Of a stretch of DNA of 64,000 nt, positions 56,735 through 64,000 are shown piece by piece (positions within the stretch are counted from its first letter, which is position 1; every line of letters begins with the position of its first letter). Below the pieces are notes generated by a model. That model had not been told where the DNA came from and did no database searches. It saw only the letters and a list, made by a program, of their open reading frames with translations. Both the position numbers and the translations under genes were made by a program. Source of the DNA: the human T2T-CHM13v2.0 reference genome, Homo sapiens; the NCBI RefSeq assembly GCF_009914755.1, contig NC_060928.1, one strand, 5' to 3'.

Positions 56735-58439
56735 AGATGCTCCTTAGCTTAGAGTCAGGCTTCTGGCCCCACCTGGGATCTGTGACCCTGAAGAAAAGTA
56801 GCAGATACAAGGTTGTCTCTGGTGAGCAGGAGTCTCTCAGCAAAGCCTTTCCCCTGTCCTCCTTCTCTAAGAAATCTCAGATGTAGCTGGAGCAAATTCA
56901 ACTTTTGGGATTGGAGGACAAAGCAATCTATTTTCTGATAGATTGTATTTATTTTTAATTGTGTTCCACTTTAACCTTTGTTTTAGCACTAATCTTTTCT
57001 TATCGAGCACCTTGTTATAGATATTTCTACTTTTCCTTCTCTCTCCTTCCTACTTTGTAATTCCCCTCTTATTTTAACCTATTTCAACATTTCTGTGATG
57101 TTTTTTGTATTTGCCATAAAAATGAAAGAAAGATAACTCCACGGAGAAAGATTTGTGTGCATATTTAAATATGTATCTATATATCTTTTAATCTATTCAT
57201 TTATTTTTTAAAAATATTTGATGGAAATAATTATAATTTATTTAATAAATAACTACAGAATATCTATATTTAGTAGGAAAATGGAAATTTTAGAATGATA
57301 CTTTTATAATGAATCAATTTTTCTGAAACATACATATGCATATACAACAGACATATCTCTGGATAGTAAAAATATGAAAAATTTTTTTTCTTAAACTATT
57401 CTGTATACATATCATATTTACAATGAATATACATTGCTTTTGTAATTAAGAGACCAAATGAATATATTTCAATACTTCAGCTCTTAATTTGTGGGCCTGA
57501 CAACTATATCATAGAGATAACGTCAATTGAAAGGTACCCTGTCCACAAGAGTTTCTTTACCAGCCAGGCAGAGACCCAAATGCTAGCATTGACATAACAG
57601 AGGAATTAATTGCTTCTGTGTACATGAGCAGTAAGTACTGACTGTCCTTGTTAAACATCTGAAGTTTATTGCTGGTGTAATAAATTTTCATTACATTTCA
57701 TTTATAGTAAAGAAATATTAGTCAAGTATGAAACATTGCTAATTTGAATCCTCTATAAATGAAAGATGACACAATGTTTCCTAAAGTGCTTGAAAAAAAT
57801 ATATAATTAAGTGAGGGGTTCAAAACCCTAGCTAATGTTCCTTAACCAAGGCTACAAATAAACAATTAGCAAAATATTTTAAAAATACAAAGAAATAAAA
57901 AGATCTCATGTGAAAACAGTAAAATTCTTAAAAATATACCCTTGATTTCAGAGGTGGTTGAAGTAATTTATTGTCCCCATTAAGTTGGATGAATAAAGAA
58001 CAAAATATTGTAAACAACAATTAATTTTAATGACATGAAGATGATCATGGATCCTGGACTTGATATTCCAATCTAAGTATTTCTTTTAATCTTGGATTAG
58101 CACTTGATTTGGTTAAAACATTGTTGGATTACCTCACATAAAGTAAGACAGATTCATTCTTGCATATTTCCCCCCTTTTTATTCAAAGTTTATTGTATAA
58201 ATTCTATGTTCTTCACTCAAATCATGATATGAAATGAAAATGTAGATGACATAGGAGTCATATTTTATTAAGGGAGTGAAGGGAAAGGTAGAATTTAAAT
58301 ATCTTGCAGTGGCCAGAAAGAGGACACAGTAAAACTACAAGTAGAACTGGCCAAAAGGCAACCCTGAAGAAATGTTAGGTTGATCAGTGAACCCTAAACA
58401 GGCTAATTTTAAGAATGTTTGCAGCCTTAAAAATTATGA

Positions 58440-58844
<405 letters not shown>

Positions 58845-59079
58845 TAGTAGTATACAACATTGTGTTTTTTTTCTTATTATGTGTTCTGGCTGTCTCTCCA
58901 ATACCAGTAAATTATGGCTATCTTTCCAATATCAGTAAATTAAGCCTACCTTGTTCTTTCTAATAGCTGTGTAATAGATAATTGAATGGAAATGGTAAAA
59001 TTGTATTTGACTGGTCCCTTATTTTTGACAATTTAGGTTGTTGCCATTTGGCTACTATATTTTAAATGCTGAAAAAATG

Positions 59080-59255
59080 TATGTGTGTTTATATACATAC
59101 ATACACATATATATTTATAATGAGTATATGTATGTATAGATCTAAAATGTGTATATATATATCTTTCTGTAAAAAATTTTTTAATGTAGAATTATATATG
59201 TATATATAATATCCACATATGTGATATATATACACACACACACATACACATAACA
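59080..59255. repeat. TA/CA-rich low-complexity tract within an old L1ME-like antisense fragment (~58880-59350)
   Basis: Degenerate (TA)n/(CA)n. Confidence 0.6.
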
Positions 59256-59869
59256 TATTTGAGCAATTGTATCTATAAGGACAGTTATTAAAGGTGGAAC
59301 TACTATGCTGAAGAGTATGCATACTTCAAAATTTGGAAAATATTTACATATTCAATTTAGTCACCTCTGTTTGTTGTCATGTGTAGAAAGGCCTGCTTTA
59401 CTCCCAAAATTCAAAGAAATAAACAAAAAACTCTATTCTAATATTTAATGACTCCAATTTATATGTTTGATTCTTTGAAGCAGGTTGAATTTATTAGAGA
59501 CAAAGCAATAAGGGAGTAATACAGATTTACAGTGAGAAAATCAAGGCTTAAATAGCTACATACTACTTTCTCATGGTCATGAGTCTCCAGATACCTATTA
59601 AGGTAACATAAATGCTGTGTCTGAGAATATCTTAAGCACAAATGACATATTTTTAAAAATAATAGCCTTAATATTTTCCATGAAATTTCTATGTTCTAGA
59701 TATTTTGGTTGTTCATTTATCCTGGCCCTTTAATTTAAAAATGTGAAATAATTCATAAAAGAAACTTTATCTTTTTGGAATTAATGATTTTTGAGACATA
59801 GATAATAAAGTGATAGCCAAATAATAATATTCCTTAAAGGAGACAAAGATAACTGATGATTTGACTCAC

Positions 59870-59973
59870 CAGAAACAGCTAATATTTTTGTACCAAACAC
59901 TCTATACTGAGTGTATATTGTGGGAAAGGATATTATCCTAAATCATATTGAAAATATTGGCAGAGTCTAGAAT
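59870..59973 (-). other. Candidate exon (104 nt)
   Basis: Minus strand ccttttccttctttag|ATT ... CTG|gtgagt. Confidence 0.3.
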
Positions 59974-60363
59974 CTAAAGAAGGAAAAGGCATCCTATGTA
60001 GAAGGGAGAGTCATAGATAATGTTTGAGACATTTGCACAAAAGATGTGCAAGCCAGGCTGTGTTGAGGCTCATCAGTGGGATGTTTAGAGCAGACAACTG
60101 ATAGGCCAGTCCAGTAGAATAAAATAACCCAAGATTTTCAAACAGGAAACCAAACATATTCAGGAGAAACTGATTTACTGTCCTGGGAGAAACAGATAAT
60201 TCACAGAAGGACATAAAACAAGGAACTCAGGATGGAGCCACATTCCTGAGAGTTTTCACTGATAGTTTTGCCCTTTCTACCTGGGAGCTCCTAAAGGTAT
60301 TTAAAAGGGATGAGAGACATATTTTTAAAAAGCTTTATTTGGAGGGGAATAAAGTGTTATCAA

Positions 60364-60541
60364 TGAAGTTCAAATGTATAAAAGATGATGAAACTTAGCA
60401 AATGGAAAAATTGACTGTGTTTGTTACAAATCTTTATTATTATTTTTAGCGTCTTTTACAGGGTAGGAAATAAAAAGTTGTATTATATTAACTAAATTGG
60501 AAATTCACAGAAATCTATATTGGAATTTAAAATTCTTAATT
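60364..60541 (+). repeat. Local duplication, copy B
   Basis: Aligns by eye with 54180-54357. Confidence 0.9.
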
Positions 60542-61274
60542 TTAAAAGACTAAAAATGTAGTATCAGGTGGACTAGGGGAGATGAGGGGGAGGAATCAGG
60601 AAAGCAATGGGCTTTGTTACACAATTTTTCTTTTGTGTGGCACCATCAGTCATGACATAAGTCCCAGGTTCTCATCCCTGACTTAGAAGGTTTTTACACA
60701 TATCATTTGAATTTTATTTAAAGAGCTGATTGATGCTTTGTCTGTACTGTTCTCCCACACATTATCCATTTTGGTCAGTGACAGTTCAACCATCTTAGAA
60801 ATGGCAAATTATGTAAGAAAATCTCCTGTGTTCTAGATTACTTTTTGTTTTTCCTCTATGAGCTAGCATTGCTTTGTGGGTTACATTAGAGAAAGAAACT
60901 CTGAAAAACATTTTCTTTATTTCCGATACTTTGTTTTAACTATGGAAAAGACATGCATCACTTGGAGATAATTAGAAGCAAAGAATCCCCGTGACTGTAC
61001 AACAGATCCCCAGGTATGGACAATGCCATTGCCTGCAGTATTTGAATTTGACATGACAGCTACCAGGTGTTACAGGCTTACCGGTTTTCAAAGTAAAAGA
61101 AAAAAAAATGTAAGCACCTTCACAAATGAAACAGAACAGATTTTGCCAGCATAAAATACCTGGCTTACATTTCAACAAAGTCAATTCCAGCCCTTTTAAC
61201 TAAGGCACAACAACCTGTTTCAGTACACATGAATTATAATGCTGCCAAATCTTCTGTCCTCAGAAATAACTCAC

Positions 61275-61478
61275 ATGTGCTTCAGGTACTTGAAAAGCAT
61301 TGTGGATTTTTGCCAAGCTCCTGAGGATGCGCAGACATTGTTTGACTGATCGCAATGTCACATCTGAGGTCCACTTGTTAGTTCTTAGTTTATCAGAAAC
61401 TAAGCTTTTGAAACTATCCATGGTCTTCCTTTTGATGTGTTCATTAAGCTTTTTAGTCATTCAGTTATAAAATCTAAC
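61275..61478 (-). other. Candidate exon (204 nt) containing an ORF open to the donor
   Basis: Minus strand tcttgttcattcttccag|GTT ... CAT|gtgagt; ATG at 61460 and an internal accATGg. Confidence 0.3.
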
Positions 61479-61528
61479 CTGGAAGAATGAACAAGATATT
61501 GTCTCGTTTTTATGGTGGTTTTTGTTTG

Positions 61529-61905
61529 TGATATGGTTTGGCTGTGTCCCCACCCAAAATCTCATCTTGAATTGTAATCCCCAAAAACCCCATGTGCCAA
61601 GGGACAGACCAGGTGGAGGTAATTGAATCATTGGTGTGGTTTTCCCCATGATGTTCTTGTTATAGCAAGTGAGTTCTCACGAGGTCTGTTGGCTTTATAA
61701 GTGTTTGGTAGTGCATCCAGCGTTCATTCGCCTTCCTGCTGCCTTGTGAAGGAGGTGCCTTCATTCCCCTTCTACCAGGATTGTAAGTTTCCTGAGGCCT
61801 CCCCAGCCATTCGGAGTTGAACTGTGAGTCAATTAAACCTCTTTCCTTAATAAATTGCCCAGTCTCGGGCAGTTCTTTATAGCAGTATGAAAACAGACTA
61901 ATATA
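61529..61905 (+). mobile_element. THE1D-like solo LTR (MaLR)
   Basis: tgatatggtttggctgtgtccccacccaaaatctc...caattaaacctctttcc...cagactaatata; perfect 5-bp TSD gtttg. Confidence 0.92.
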
Positions 61906-62639
61906 GTTTGCTTTTACAAAGTATTTTTTATGGGTAAAATTAATTGTATGTCTCCTTATTTAGTTTATCAAAGCAGGTCTGTGCATACATTAATGAAGGT
62001 ATACAGGTAATTCTGGTCTTTCACTAATATTCAGTACATAATCTTCCATCTAAAATCTGCTTTTTTCTTCTGTGTTGCTACGTTAGTAAATGTTCCCATT
62101 TTCTAACTAGTTGTTCTGCAAGAAACAGGATTCTCAGGAATTTTTTGTTGATAATACAACTTTTTAAAATTTTTATCACCAATAGAAGAATGAATTTCCA
62201 GCAGTCAGGAATCTAACACATTACAGGGGGGAAAAAGTACGTGAAAAGTGGTAGGGGGAAATTAACAAATGATCTTGAAAAATCTATGGCGGCTAGCAAA
62301 GTATTCTTGAAAACAAAGATCTCTGCATTCCGGTATTTTAGGGATCCTCAAAAACAAAATGAAAACCAAACCATCTGGTTTTGCCCAATCATCAGAAAGC
62401 AAAATAATCTTGCCTACATTCAGCCACCCCCATAATATTATACAGAGCTCTCAAGTAGCTTTCTGTGGCATAATCATTAAATGTGTTTTGGAGTATCATC
62501 CACTATTTGAGATCAGAAAGCAACATGAAAACAAAAGCCCAAAGAAATAACTTTAAAAACACCAAAACAAACAAAGAGAAAAAAACAAAGAAAATAAAAA
62601 TAATAACTTAAAAACAACTTTTAGTTAGTATTTATCTAA

Positions 62640-63560
<921 letters not shown>

Positions 63561-64000
63561 CTGGGCAAAAATGAAACTATTTGGTTATGCAATTCTATCT
63601 AAGGTTAAATCCCAGCACTTGCCTTAAAAACCATCTAATTCATAATGGAGGCAGAGACTTCTGGAAAGGAGGACTCCGGGAAAGAAACATGAATGATATA
63701 ATTGCTACAATTCAAAGATATACAGAGAAAATAGGTGAAAACATTTGAAATCTACTTTAGAAATATTATTCTTTGAATAGCATAGTAGTCATGACAGTGC
63801 CTACAGAGGAGGAAATATAATCCTACAGATTTTTGGCTTTGCAGCGCACAAAATGTTCATAATTACACTTATCCAACTTTTATAATTCATGTATAGACAA
63901 ATCAATAAAGACTTAACTATGATTTATCTTGACCTACATGATCCTGCAGTTTCTAGCCTTCCCTTCATCCAGCCTCATTTTGTGCAGACTGCTCCACTAT

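Overview
AT-rich, CpG-poor primate (human-like) genomic DNA dominated by interspersed repeats: Alu (FAM, J, S, Y), L1 of many ages, L2, MIR, MaLR/ERVL/ERV1 LTRs and DNA-transposon MITEs. I see no CpG island and no supportable intact protein-coding gene. The long ORFs in the track are L1 ORF1/ORF2 remnants, Alu read-throughs or chance ORFs. Best-supported items: (1) a 5'-inverted (twin-primed) L1PA3-like insertion with an 11-bp TSD and a 38-bp breakpoint duplication (41455-43257); (2) a complete solo HERV-W LTR17 with a 4-bp TSD inserted just after the ORF2 ATG of an old L1 (32178-32970); (3) a tailless 35-nt U2 snRNA retrocopy with a 15-bp TSD (55183-55217); (4) a ~180-bp diverged local duplication (54180-54357 vs 60364-60541); (5) a MIR>MER47A>FAM nest; (6) a G-quadruplex identical to the c-MYC NHE III1 core. 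Splice-signal-only exon candidates exist on both strands (44.2-45.2 kb plus; 48, 59.9 and 61.3 kb minus). I found no convincing new biological system and cannot name the locus. Subfamily names come from recalled consensus sequences, not a database search, and boundaries of old repeats are approximate.
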